DNA from: Dipteris shenzhenensis
Taxonomy: Eukaryota
Assembly: GCA_047967505.1 (NCBI GenBank)
Contig: CM106538.1
DNA: 64,000 nt
Reading direction: 5' to 3' (one strand)
Part shown: positions 23,503 through 36,800 of the stretch, piece after piece
Layout of the letters: each line of letters starts with the position of its first letter
How positions within the stretch are numbered: position 1 is the first letter of the stretch
The notes under the pieces: model-generated
The model's input: only the letters and a program-made list of their open reading frames with translations
Database searches by the model: none
Told to the model about the DNA's origin: nothing
Translations under genes and position numbers: made by a program

Positions 23503-25032
23503 TCAGACATCAGCGTCCTCGATGATAAAGTCTGGGAACACTCTCTGCAACTGATATACGGATTCCCAGGTAGCTTCGGATAGAGGCTGACCATGCCATG
23601 CAACCAACACCGTGGGTATCTTCCGATTTCGTATTTGCATTGTTTCTCGGTCTAGGATTCTTGTTGGTTTGCGCCTCGCATTATCCTCTATCTCCTGAAA
23701 CAAAACCACACCTTCGATTAGTGAGTCACCTGTATGCAAAAATTTCTTTAAGCGCGAAACATGAAAAACTGGGTGCACCTTACAGCCCTGTGGCAATTCT
23801 AATTTATAGGCTACCTTGCCTATTCTCTTTAGAATTAGCCACGGCCCACAGTATCGAGGTGATAACTTAGCACACTCTCCTGAAGTCAACGACTTCGAGT
23901 GCGAAGGAACTCTGAGAAAGACTTTTTCTCCTTCCTTAAATACTCTTATAGACCGGTTTTCATCCGCATACACCTTGGCTCTATCCATAGCCTGGCGGAT
24001 ATTAGCTCTCGCAAGTGCTAGCATCTCCCGCATTTGAACTACAAAGTTCGCGGCACTAGGCACTATCTGAGGTACCCCAACTATAGTTGGATTGGCTGGT
24101 CTATAACCGTAGTTCAGCTCAAATGGACTGAACCCTATAGAGGAATGTTTTCTATCATTGTAGGCAAACTCCAACAATGGCAACCACTTGTCCCATGTAT
24201 GTTCCCTCAATGACACATATGCCCTCAGCATATCCTCTAAAGTCTGGTTGACTCTCTCCGTTTGACCATCCGTCTCAGAATGATCCCCACTACTCATTCT
24301 CAACTCAGTCCTTAGTGTCTCAAATACCGCTGTCCAAAAATGACCGGTAAATCTGACATCTCTGCCTGACACTATGGATCTAGGTAATCCATGCAGACGA
24401 AATATATGTCTAATAAACAAATCCGCCACTTGCGGGGCACTAACAAACTCCCTAGTCGGAATGAAGTGAGCCATCTTGGTTAGACGATCAACCACCACAA
24501 GGATAGAATCATACCCTCCCTGTGTCGTAGGCAGCCCTACAATAAAGTCCATGGAAATGCTCTCCCACTTACTTAGTGGTATTTCCAAGGGCTGTAAAAG
24601 TCCGGGTGGCTTTACCCGCTCGGCCTTGCTTACCTGACACGAGAAACACCGTGTCATATGCTTTTTCATCTTTGGCAAAAAAAAATCTCGCTTCACGAGA
24701 TCATATGTCTTCTCGACTCCTGGATGTCCCGCACACGGGCTATCATGGCACTGTCGAATGACTCTCTGCCTGAGATCATTCTGACTAGGTACTACAACCT
24801 TGCCATTTCTTTCTAGCATACCATCCCTTATGGTATATCTTGCATATGTTTGGCCTTTTTTGGATGCCAGGTCATCCTTTTCATTTTCCCTGGGTTTTAA
24901 CACATGAGCCTTAGGCCATAAGCTCTGGACAAACTCGTCCACCTTTTGAGTTTCTCTGATCTCGGTCATTAGAGCACTCTCTAATACCGTGAAACTCAGG
25001 TTGTGCATAATGCGAGACAACACATCAGCCAC
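23503..25032 (-). CDS. Gypsy A integrase with C-terminal chromodomain (open, 509 aa)
   Basis: [72 protein letters not shown]. Confidence 0.88.
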   Translation of the reverse strand: MADVLSRIMHNLSFTVLESALMTEIRETQKVDEFVQSLWPKAHVLKPRENEKDDLASKKGQTYARYTIRDGMLERNGKVVVPSQNDLRQRVIRQCHDSPCAGHPGVEKTYDLVKRDFFLPKMKKHMTRCFSCQVSKAERVKPPGLLQPLEIPLSKWESISMDFIVGLPTTQGGYDSILVVVDRLTKMAHFIPTREFVSAPQVADLFIRHIFRLHGLPRSIVSGRDVRFTGHFWTAVFETLRTELRMSSGDHSETDGQTERVNQTLEDMLRAYVSLREHTWDKWLPLLEFAYNDRKHSSIGFSPFELNYGYRPANPTIVGVPQIVPSAANFVVQMREMLALARANIRQAMDRAKVYADENRSIRVFKEGEKVFLRVPSHSKSLTSGECAKLSPRYCGPWLILKRIGKVAYKLELPQGCKVHPVFHVSRLKKFLHTGDSLIEGVVLFQEIEDNARRKPTRILDRETMQIRNRKIPTVLVAWHGQPLSEATWESVYQLQRVFPDFIIEDADV

Positions 25033-26480
25033 CCATCCTCGGCTCTAATCCGGATCTGATGGTAGCTACACTTAAGATCTATCTTGCTGAAAATCACGGC
25101 TCCATGTAATGCATCTAGCAAATCATCAATCCGAGCCATCGGATACCTGTGCTTAACAGTGATATTATTCAATGCTCTATAATCTATACAGAGGCGAAAC
25201 GTATCATCCTTTTTCTTCTTTAATATCACTGGCGAAGCAAAAGGTGAGAAACTTGGTTGAATCTGCCCCAACTTGAGGTATTCTTCCAGTTGTCTACGCA
25301 CCTCCGCCTCTTCAGTAAAACTCATTCTATAGGGAGGTCTATTTACAGGTTCTGCTCCCATAATCAGTTCAATCTTATGCTGAACATTCCGCTCTGGAGG
25401 TAACCCATAAGGTAGTTCATCCCTAAAACATTCAGAGAACTCCTCTGTTATAAGATTAGCCAGCTTGGCCATCTCACCACTTTGCGTAACATCAATGCTA
25501 GCCGAAGAATCATCAACCGGCTCTATCGATGCTGTGCAAAGGAATAAAAACCCTTCTTGAGCTTTTCGGATTTCCATCATGGAAACCAACGGTCCCTGAG
25601 GTATATCTTTTTCACCTCGCAAGACATAAAGCACATCATTCATCTTGAATTGATATACGTGCTTTTTTCAATTAATGGCTGGATTCTTCCTAGAATGCCA
25701 CGCCATACCCAGGGCTATGTCTGCATAAGCAAGCTTGGTCATTTCAAAATCAAGCTTCTCAGCATAGTCCTGAATACGAAGCTCCAACTGGGTAACCCTT
25801 TGGTCCCATACTTCAGTTGAACTTCCATCTGCCATCCTGACTGTGTACGCATAGTCAGATGGACTCGTTTTTAATTTCAGCCTCTTCACGAGCTTGGAGT
25901 TAATCACATTGTGAGTTGATGTCGAGTCAAACAACACAATGACATCATGATTGGCCACTTGCTCTTTCATTTTAATTAACTCCGTGTCATTAAAGGCTGT
26001 ATACCCCGTTGCTGCGGGCTTAGATAGGATGTTATCAGGTGCACTCGTCACTAGCTTAGCAACAGACACACATAACAAACAAGGTACTAACCTCTTAGAA
26101 GATCCCGCTAGCTGAATCTGCATCTCTTCCGCTCTGGGACTTCCCTCCATCTCCACGTTGCATTCTAAGACCACCATCTCAGCCATCCGACGATCTTTGT
26201 TACGTGAACAATCCTTCCACTGACGAGGCTGAAGGCAACCAAAACATAAGCCTTCTCTCCTCACTTTTTTTCTTTGTTCTGGGTTTAAGGGAGATTTAGA
26301 CCAAGCCCAGGCTGCCATTGGGGTTACTTTCCTTTTCACTCCAATGGTGGTACTTGATTTAGGAGTCTCAGCTGGTTTTGCCTGCTTGGCTTGACCACTC
26401 GGCTGAGAAGACACCTGCTGGGTCGGCCGGACTTCTGATTCACCAGGGTCCCTCCTGGAAGCTCCTTCTTCTGCTTCCAT
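25033..26480 (-). pseudogene. Gypsy A gag C-terminus, protease and truncated RT
   Basis: CFGCLQP knuckle-like segment, LFDSTSTHN protease, [25 protein letters not shown] followed by an abrupt end. Confidence 0.85.
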
Positions 26481-28586
26481 TCAGTTCAATGAGTGTTTTG
26501 TTCTGTTTTGGTTTCTTTATTTATTAAAAAGAAAAAAAAAACACCGCTAGAAAACTGTATTTACAAGCTGACACAATTCAGTGTACTGACACTCCGACAC
26601 AATTCCCTATACTAGACACAATTCCCTATACTAGGGAATACCTGCAATCCCACATGCACACTGACCAGGCATTTAACATAGGCATATATCTCAAACTGCG
26701 CTTTTTCCCTATCCTAGGGAAGCTCCTGCAAACAAACTCAGACTGTAGCACATAGGCATAACCTCAAGCATAATCTGTCTCTGCTACAGCATCAAAGCCT
26801 CATGCAGGCTGATCACTCACGAGATCCTGTCTGTCACGATCTGTGACGTATTCCTTTCTCTATTTCTAGACTTATGGATGGTTTAATGAATGGACACTTG
26901 TGGAAGGGTATGCCCTTTCGACGGGACACTTCCTAATGAGGCATAACCTTTTACAAGAGACATTCTAATGAAGAGACATTCCTATTGTAATGTACCCTCT
27001 CATCAAGGGTCACACCCTTCACAAGGGGTACACACCTCTTCATGCACATACCCTTTGGAGTACACACCTTTTCATGTGTGACTCTTCACTCTCTATATAA
27101 GAGAGGCCAAATTGTAGGGATGACAATCACATCCACCCTACAGACATTCAAGCAATATAATTATTCCTTGCTCTCTGCTATCTCAGTCTCTTTTCTGTTC
27201 CTTAGCACAGTTCTAAATATAGTAAATCTAGGATTTCTTACAGTGGTATCAGAGCAAAATTCGCTCCTGCCTGTAGGAAATGCCCCCCACCTTCTAGCGC
27301 TGATCTGATACATTTTTGCCGCTAGAAGGACATCCGTGCACATTGTGCATGGAAGAGATGGAGAGGATGAGCGTAAAATTTTTAAACGCCTACCCGGCCT
27401 AAAGTCATCCTGGCCTCTCCATCTCCCTCACATCACAAGTTGATGTGAATGGACATGACCAAAATTGTGTCCTTTCAGGTGCTTGGGCTGTCCCGAAACC
27501 AAGGGACACACCTTTTCCACCATGGGACACACCTTTTGGTGACGAGTCTCGACTCCTCACTCTTGGGACATACCCCATCGTGGGCAAAGGGACATACCTA
27601 TTCATGCAGGGTCACACCCTTTTTAACAAAAAGGACACATCCCCTCATGAACAGGTGCACCTATTCCAAGGGTCACACCCCTTCGAATAGGCACACCTCC
27701 TAGGCCCCAAGTACCTACAAAAGGGTACCTAGAGGGGTAAAAAGGGACAAAAATTAAACCCATCCCCTACCCCTAGGTTTACCCTAACTACCCTAGGGTT
27801 AAACTAAACCCCCATTTAAATTTTTGGGGCAACTAACCCTTTTGGCAGCCTTAGCGAAAAGTCGCACCTTCTCTTTCAACGCAAGACAAAAACTGTACGG
27901 ACTTCCGTACCCTCCTGCGCCATCTCTTCCGTACCCTTCTGCGCAGCCAGCCGTACAGCCTGCGCAGCAGCCATACAGCCTTGCGCCATCCTTCGGTACC
28001 CACTTGCGCAGCCAGCCGTACAGCCCTGCGCCTCTTCTGTACTTTCCTGCGCAGGAATTCCGTACATTCTGTACGTCTTTTCGCCAGCCAGCCGTACAGG
28101 CCGTACAGCCTGTACCGTACAGCTGTACGGTCAGCCAGCCTGCACCGTACAAGCCGTACGGTCAGCGCAGATCTTTATCAGCCTGCGCTGCCAGGCCCTG
28201 CTTCGTCATTTGCGCTGCCAGTTCCTGATTCCTGCCAGCCCTTGCCTTGCCATTTTCGCTGACAGTCCACTCCCTATTTGCAGCCCTGGATACCACTTTT
28301 CCTGATAGTCTGCTGCCCTCTCCTTGTTTCGCCATTTTCACCCTGCCAATTCAGCACGAGTTGCCACATTTCGCGCGATGAAGACAGCCCGTTGACAGCC
28401 CGGACCAGACAAGCCTCGAGCACTCCTCGCAAAACACTGCAACATGGACCTCCGGACAACGATTTGCAGCCTTCTTCTACGCAATAACTTGGCAGACTAA
28501 AGTATTGCAAGGTGGAGTCTTTCCAATCTGCTTTTTACGGATTCTCTTTAACAAATTACAGCAAATGAAAGAATCCACATTAAAGC

Positions 28587-29231
28587 ATGGACACCCCTGG
28601 TAATTCACCCGGCCATTCAAGGACACCTCAGGCACCTGGTACTACACAATATCGTGTTCAAATTGCACAGCCAGCCCATTTTGGAGCCTTTGCATCTTGG
28701 GTCTTCTGTGTCACGTGCCCTCCGAGTGACTTGGATCACATCCTCTACCTTCTGCGTGAGGCACCTCAGTTACATTATTTCCTCAGCATAGTACAGGTTG
28801 TGTTCCACGAGACACGAAGATATCCGGAACACGATATTCCTCAGGAGTTTGCTGTTCATTTTTGGAGAGAGTTTTACCCTTCACCTTCGGCATCCCCAGG
28901 GTACTCTCCACCTCCTTCAGCTCCCCGATATCCTCCTCTACAGGGTGTACCTTCTCCAAGTCAGTATTTACATCGTGAAGGCACTCCCTCTCCTGGATAT
29001 CCTTCTCTTCCGACAGCAGCTCCTTACCCTTTTTCAGATCCGTGGACTCTGCTACCTACCCCTGTCTTATCACGAGCAGTAACACCTTTTTCAGAATCTC
29101 CAGTGTTACCTCCGACAGGACCTCCCTTACCAGATTTCCACGGGTGGTTCCATCCTGCCTCGCCTGCCCCCTCCAATATGAGCAACCTCAGGGAGCAGCC
29201 CGAATCCTCTTTCAGGGATGGTACAAACTAG
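28587..29231 (+). CDS. Extra ORF upstream of gag in Gypsy B (214 aa, unknown function)
   Basis: ATG-initiated, uninterrupted, in a different frame from gag and overlapping the gag ATG at 29218. Confidence 0.5.
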   Translation: MDTPGNSPGHSRTPQAPGTTQYRVQIAQPAHFGAFASWVFCVTCPPSDLDHILYLLREAPQLHYFLSIVQVVFHETRRYPEHDIPQEFAVHFWREFYPSPSASPGYSPPPSAPRYPPLQGVPSPSQYLHREGTPSPGYPSLPTAAPYPFSDPWTLLPTPVLSRAVTPFSESPVLPPTGPPLPDFHGWFHPASPAPSNMSNLREQPESSFRDGTN

Positions 29232-32200
29232 AGCGCAAGTTCGCGCCTTTCTCACAGGGATTTTCGACATGTCGCACCGCTCGCGTGAAGCCTCTCCCGA
29301 GATTAAAGAATCAAGTCCCAAAAAGACCCCTGAAGGCAACATCCAAAGTGAATCTCTATTGCAACTTTAAATATCTCAGCTTCAGGACAGCATCTCCGAC
29401 CTGGTTCAAAAAGTTCAACAACTCCAAGATTCTCGAAGTCCAGCACATACAGAGGACGACGTGACGCAACCAGACGACGATGCGGACTCTTTCCCACCAG
29501 AGGTAGAAAACACTGAACTGCGTACTCTCTACCGATTACTTCAAGCTTCCAAAACTAAACGACTTGACGTCAAACTTCCGGAAGCCTACACTGGTCAACG
29601 TAATCGCCGAACAGTTGACCAATGGCTCGCTAAAATGCGCATGTATTTTGACACTGTTGACCTCACGGAAGGCAAAAAGATCGCCTTGGCAGCCTCCCTC
29701 CTGAAGGATACAGCATTTCTATGGTGGCAAAGACGCTTAAAGGACGGAAAAAGTGTGTTAACTTGGGAACGTTTTGAACACGTGCTCCGTAAGCAGTTTG
29801 TACCTGCCAATGCGGACTTCCAAGCACGATCAAAACTTCGACAGTTGGAGCAAACGGGTTCCCTGTCTTCCTACATCTCTCAGTTCACCACATTGGTGCT
29901 GGAGATTGATGGTTTAACTGAGGATGATCGCCTTCATGCTTTCATCTCAGGTCTAAATCCCTCGTTACGCATTGATGTTCTTAAAGCAAACATCACCACC
30001 ACAGATGGCGCTATTGCTTACGCAGAGCGCATTACAGATTTCCTAAACACAGGGAAGCAGAGTGCTAATCGCACACAGAACTCTCCTATGGCCAAAGGTG
30101 TTCGCCCTCAAGATAACAGCAGGTTTCGAAAAAACTTCGGTAATCAAGGTCAGCGACAGTCTCAAGATCCCCAGAAGCCCCAGAAATCATTTGCTGGATT
30201 CCAACAAAAGCACTCCTCCAAGGATCGCGCTTCTTCTTCTTCACAAAGTCATTACCGACATCCCCAACATAAAGGTGCGGCCACTGACAAGAAGAACAGC
30301 TCCAGCACAAAAGGACTTTGTACCATGTGTACAGGCGACCATAGATGGTTCGATTGTCCCAAGTGACCAAAGCAAAATTCTAATATGGAACCTAGCACTT
30401 CCCCAAAAGAAGATGCTACCTCAGCACAAGACAAGAAAGGCAAAGCTGTTCGAATGGCGAATACCATCCACCTGAGCCTTGCCAGCAACCCCGAACCTTC
30501 CCTGGCCACTCAAGTACTTTGTGTTCAAGGATCGATTCGTGGAACAACGGTCACCATCCTCATCGACAGTGGCTGTTCTCATAATTTCCTAGCCAGTTCT
30601 GTGGTCGATAAACTTCGGTTGACCACCAGTCCTAGTCTCATGGACTATCAGATTGAACTCGCAAATGGAACGACTTTCTTGTGCAATACCAGGATCAAAA
30701 ACTTGTCTTTTCGCATCCAACATTATACGGACAAGTTGAACTTCGACATTATGCCTCTTTCTCGGTACGATGTCATACTCGGACAACAGTGGCTCTACGA
30801 CTATGATCCATCAATCAGTTTTCGCAGCCATACTATCCAGTTTGTCCACCAGGGAAAACTTATTGAGCTAACTGGTTCTAGGGACTCTCCTTCAACCACA
30901 GTTGCCTCTGCCCTACAAGTAAAGAAGTGGGTTCGTAAACGCCAAGCAAAGACTTCACTTCTGTTGGTTACGGCAATAGAGGAGACACCAACAAAGGATC
31001 CTCTTGAGTACCTCAACCAACCTTTTTTCCAGCCTTACATGGATCTTTTTCCTCAGGAATTGCCAAAGCAGTTACCACCTCGACGACCAGTGGATCACCC
31101 AATCGAACTTATTCCCGGCAATAATCCACCATCGAAACCTCCTTATCGGGTTTCTTACACTCAAAATGAAGAAATCCAAAGACAGGTCACCGAGCTACTC
31201 GACAAAGGTCACATTCGGCCCAGTCGCAGCCCTTTCGGATCTCCTGTACTACTTGTGGAAAAAAAGAACAAGTCAATGCGCCTTTGCATCGACTATCGAG
31301 CCCTCAACAAGCTCACTATAAAAAACAAGTATCCATTGCCTCGCATTGATGACCTCTTCGATCAACTTCTACATGCAACACACTTCTCCAAGATTGATCT
31401 TCGTTCAGGTTATCATCAAATCCGTATACGAGAAGGCGATGAGTACAAGACAGCTTTTCGAACAAAGTATGGACACTATGAATGTTTGGTCATGCCTTTT
31501 GGGTTAAACAATGCCCCGGCCACATTCATGACATTAATGAACGACATCTTCAGGCCTTTCCTCGATAAGTTCGTCATCGTTTACCTCGATGACATCCTCG
31601 TTTTCAGCAGATCCCTACTTGAGCACAAACAACATCTTCACCAAGTTTTTGAAGTTCTCCGTGCAAATTCTCTCTACATCAACATTGAGAAGAGTGAGTT
31701 CTTCAAGACCCAATTGGAATATTTGGGACATGTTATTTCAGCTCAAGGTATCTCTGTGGATCCCAAGAAGGTCGAGGTAATCTGAAACTGGCCTACTCCT
31801 AAGAATGTTCATGATGTCCGCTCTTTTCTCGGATTGGCAAACTTTTACCATACAAAGGTCTATCAGTTTTCCGAAATCGCAGCTCCTATGTCCGAATTAT
31901 TGAAAAGCACATCAATTTTTCAGTGGCTTCCCGAAACAGAGTATAGTTTCCAACAACTCAAGCAAGCACTCACTACCACACCAGTTATGGCTATTGCTGA
32001 CCCCAACCTTCCATTTGAGGTCATGACCGACGCTTCCGACATCGCTACAGGAGCAGTCTTGATGCAAGAAGGCAGAGTTATTGCTTTTGACAGCCATACA
32101 CATTCTGATATCCAAACCCGATATCCAGTCTATGATAAGGAGTTTCTTGCTGTTGTACATGCTTATCGCTCTTGGAAACATTATCTCATGGGTGCCGACT

Positions 32201-33871
32201 CTGTGGTCAAAACAGACCATCACTCTTTAAAGTACATCTTTACTCAGCCAGTCATGAACGCTCGACAAGCACGCTGGGTTGAGTTTTTGGCCAACTTTCA
32301 CATGACCATTGAGTACATTCCAGGACTACGCAATGTAGTTGCAGATGCTCTCAGCAGGTTACCTCTAGCATCAGCCATGGTAATCTCTACATTATCTGTG
32401 GATGTTCCGAATTCATTCAAAGGAAAGTATTTCAATGATAAAGACTTCGGCACAGCAGTACAGGTTCTTTCAAAAGATCAACCTTCGACTTCCGAACAGA
32501 AGATTTTCTCATCCTATGCTTATACAGACGACCTTCTGTATTATCAAGATCGCGTCTGTGTACCACATGACAAGGATGTTCGACGTCTTTTGTTAAAAGA
32601 GCATCATGTAGTTTCTTATGCTGCCCATCCAGGCATCAATAAGACTTATCGGTTACTCAATGCAACATACTACTGGCCTCAGATGAAAAGAGATGTCATC
32701 AAAATGGTTACATCTTGCTTATCTTGTCAACAAATGAAAGCAAGTCGACGACTTCCAACAGGACTTCTTCAGCCTCTTCCAGTTCCAACTGAAAGGTGGG
32801 AAAGTATTTCCATGGATTTCATTACAACACTACCACGATCTTCCCGAGGTAACACTCAGATTATGGTAATTGTTGATCGCTTGTCCAAAATGGCACACTT
32901 TGTTGCTTGCAAAAGCAGTGCACAGGCCCCGAACATAGCCAAACTCTTGATACAACACATCTTCCGACACCATGGATTACCCAAGAATATCATATCCGAC
33001 CGAGATCCTAAGTTTACCAGTCACTTCTGGATTTCACTGTTCGAATCTTTGGGTACTACTCTACTGTTCAGTTCAGCTTACCACCCAGAATCAGATGGCC
33101 AGACTGAAAGAGGCAACCAAGTTCTGGAAGAAATGCTTCGACATTATGTTCAGTCACGCCTCGCAGCCTGGGAAGAGTATCTACCACTCCTTGAGTTTGC
33201 TTATAATAACTCTTTCCATAGCGCCATCAGCATGACTCCATTCCAAGCAGCTTATGGACACACTCCGATTGTACCAACAAATTTTGTACTTCAACATCGA
33301 GTGGCCCTAGCTGATCAACTGGTTCAAGAAATGCAAGACATTCTACTGCAAGTCAGGGATCATATGCTTTCAAGCGCAAGAGCGGTATCAACGGTCTGCC
33401 AACAAACATAGACGTCACCTGGAATTTAACACTGGTGACATGGTGCTATTATTTGTAGCCCCTCATCGCTATAAGACGGTTAAGTCTGTGTTTCCTAAGT
33501 TGCGACCAAGATACTATGGACCTTTCCGGATCATCAAGAAAAATTCACCTTTAAGTTACAAATTGGAATTACCACCATCATGGGGTAAAATCCATCCAAC
33601 ATTTCATATTTCTTGGCTAAAGACGTACATTCCAGGCGATGAAGCAGTTCCTCCTGCAGGTGATTATGTCCCAGAAATTGAAGACGATTATGTTCTCCTT
33701 ATTCCTGAGCGTATTCTGGACCATCGACAGCGAGAGACTCGACATCGACTTATCACGGAATTCCTTGTTCTTTGGCGAGATCTGGACGACTCCGACGCTA
33801 CTTGGCAGTCTGATGAAGACTTACAGCAGTACCCTGATCTTTTACAGCAGTATTTTCAGAATCTACCATGA
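29218..33871 (+). pseudogene. Gypsy B gag-pol (gag, PR, RT, RNase H, INT, chromodomain)
   Basis: Starts MVQTRAQ. In-frame stops at 29368, 30364 and 31783, and a frameshift near 33375. Motifs [56 protein letters not shown]. Confidence 0.93.
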
Positions 33872-36800
33872 TATTTTCTACATCAGTTCATTATCTCCAC
33901 CAGGGTCTTCTTTTGAGTGGGAGGGGATGTCACGATCTGTGACGTATTCCTTTCTCTATTTCTAGACTTATGGATGGTTTAATGAATGGACACTTGTGGA
34001 AGGGTATGCCCTTTCGACGGGACACTTGCCCTTTCGACGGGACACTTCCTAATGAGGCATAACCTTTCACAAGAGACATTCTAATGAAGAGACATTCCTA
34101 TTGTAATGTACCCTCTCATCAAGGGTCACACCCTTCACAAGGGGTACACACCTCTTCATGCACATATCCTTTGGAGTACACACCTTTTCATGTGTGACTC
34201 TTCACTCTCTATATAAGAGAGGCCAAATTGTAGGGATGACAATCACATCCACCCTACAGACATTCAAGCAATATAATTATTCCTTGCTCTCTGCTATCTC
34301 AGTCTCTTTTCTGTTCCTTAGCACAGTTCTAAATATAGTAAATCTAGGATTTCTTACACTGTCTATGAAAGTAGATCATCAACCGACTAAATCGAGAAGA
34401 AAAAAAAAACACGAAACTGATGGAGTTCAAAGAGAGCTCCCTGGTCATCAACGGTTTTGTCACAGCCTGCTTGGTTCCATGCAGATCCCGCCAACAGAAG
34501 TCTGCAGTCACAGCTTACGTGCTTGTTGTCCAAATTCGGAGTACGTGGACAGCTGTCCGTCGACTAGTGCTCCACGCTATTCTGCGTCGCCTCTGCGCTC
34601 CTAACCTGTCGTCCGCCTCAGAACTCGACGATCACGCTCCGCGTTATAGGCCTCCACGTTCACGAATCACCACCGTACGTCCATCTATCGCAGGTCAGCA
34701 GTAGCCGAATGCCCCACGCTCATAGCACCTTCCCTTGGGCTTTCCGTTGATCTGCGTCAGTCACAGACTATCAACGTCGAGGGTCTCCCTAATTCCCGAG
34801 TTCCTATTATGCCCCCCCTTCCGTTGTAGTTACGGGAGCGCCAACAGCCCCCTTTCCGTCGTAGTTACGAGAGCGCCAACAGCTATACGTCCATCCAACC
34901 TGAGTTTCACACCTGCTGTCTGTCGTTACGGGCAGCCAACAGCCACCCCTCAGCACCTACGCTCCACGCTACAGTTCGTCGTCAATCAGCGTCGATCCCG
35001 TCAGGGAATCAACCTCGCGTTGTCAGTCACTAGGGCGGTCCAGGCCTGCAACTCGAGCTCACGCTGCCCTACTCATCCCGTTCGTCTAGCTTCGTGGTGA
35101 CAGTGCGGGATGACCACCTCTCAAAATCGTCCGTCGTCGTCGTGCAGTCCCCTCCAATTCGTAGCCTTAGGCTCTGATACCAAATGTAACACACTAACTA
35201 TTCCTACTGCAGATCACAGGAGCAGCACCATGGATATCCTCCCAGCCAACCTTGCTGAAGCTAACGAGCAGACAGAGAATTCCGATAAAAAAAGCTACGT
35301 GAAAATCCAACTTCTCTTCTCTCTCTAGCCTCAACAAGCCCCATCTCCCTAGATGGATCTAGATGCCACATGTCATCCATATAGGGCCTTCCTAATGCAA
35401 CATTTCACCCCTCTCTTGGGATGCATTAAATCCTTTGCCCCTAGGCACATTCTTTGCATTAGGCCCTTAGCCTTAGATCCACCTAGTCTGGTGCTATCAA
35501 CCCTCACCCAGGACCTTGACATTTATTCCCTCCCGATCATTTACATGAAGCGCAAACAAATATATTACAAAGATAGATCCTTTAAGGGAAATGTCGACTG
35601 ATTCTTTCGAGGTCATGCTACCTCGGCTAGAGCGTAACATCAAGTCCGTTGACAAACTCTGCAAGCCAATCCCACAAAGGCCAACCTTAGCTTCATCCTT
35701 AAGAATGCAGAGAGTAAAGCAGTAATTGAGGCCCAAACACTCTACCTTACCTGTGCATAGGACAAGGGCCAATGAACAAGCGGACATTTGGGGAGGAAGC
35801 CTAGACCATTTTGAAAAGTCGAAGGGTCACTCAATGAGGAGTGTTTGCAACCAAGGGTGACACCAAAACCAACCTCGATATTCCAAGCTCAATAACACAC
35901 AAACTGTTGGGGTAGATCGCCAATTGTTCCACTTGTAAGCCCTTGATTGAGGAAAGCACAAGGACATGAAGCCTGCATAGGATTGGGGGTTCATAGGAGC
36001 TGTCATGTGAGCATGAGAGAAAGATGCTACATGGGCACATCTGGGACGAAAGGAACACCACTCCAGCAGCCGTATGGTCGTATGGTCAAACACAAAGGCT
36101 CCATATGGGTACCAAAAAGGGTCATGATTTATCTATTTGTAGGACAGCATGCTGCATCTGAGGTACCTGAGATGTTCTTCTTCAGGGCTCACAGAGTCTC
36201 ATTTAGGCTCAATGATCATCATCGTACTTGTGAGGGACATAATTCAGTCCTTGGGTATATTTAGCATGATTGAAAAATGAACCCTAACTTAGGTGCCAAT
36301 TGAACTCTGTTCATATCTTTGTGTCTATGAACTTCAGTCTATACGAAACCTATCCTGGACCTTTCATGTTGACCTAGCTAGGTACAAACTAACGTTAGTT
36401 GGTTGGGGTATAACAATTTCCCTTTGTTTTTTTGAAACAGAAAATCTTGCATGAGATAAAGCATGAAAGGAAACACCCAAATCTTATACCAAGATCCCCT
36501 GGTATTGTTTTAGAAAAATAAAAGTATACGTAGGCTTGCGATTATGCAGTGATATGTACCCAGTGATGATGTCAATGGAATTTCTCATAATAGGATGATT
36601 CACAATTTATATGAAAATCAAGGAAGGTAAGCCCCTCCTTGTCCTCAGCAGTAGCAGTTGCAAAGCAAGAGGCTTGCTGTGGTTATGGGCCCTGCCACCT
36701 AACTGAAGAGCAAGGTTTTACAATAGGAAGTTTGGGAGAGTGGGGTGAGGGAGCGTGGAGCAGGACCATGTAGCCACTCGTGATGCTGCTTCCCTCCAGG

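Larger units (their letters stand above)
26832..34358 (+). mobile_element. Ty3/Gypsy chromovirus B, full length and young, nested in Gypsy A
   Basis: LTRs at 26832-27242 and 33928-34358 differ by 2 substitutions and one 20-bp duplication. TSD CTGTC. PBS TGGTATCAGAGC at 27244-27255. PPT at 33915-33927. Confidence 0.95.
23007..35639 (-). mobile_element. Ty3/Gypsy chromovirus A (RT/RNase H-deleted; hosts Gypsy B)
   Basis: LTRs at 23007-23490 and 35185-35639, TSD TCAAG (23002-23006 and 35640-35644), PBS-Met at 35171-35182, PPT at 23491-23502. Confidence 0.93.

Noticed and set aside
27500-28165. CRISPR-like repeat array
   Set aside because: The repeats are degenerate with no unique spacers of constant length, lie in a retrotransposon leader, and have no cas genes nearby.
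30364-30366. Programmed gag-pol stop-codon readthrough
   Set aside because: The same element has other in-frame stops (29368, 31783) best explained as C-to-T mutations, so this TGA is more simply a mutated CGA. A family consensus would settle it.
36550-36632. Possible host exon ending at AAG|gtaagc
   Set aside because: The phase-0 readings from the nearby acceptors I tried hit stop codons and show no binding-domain similarity.
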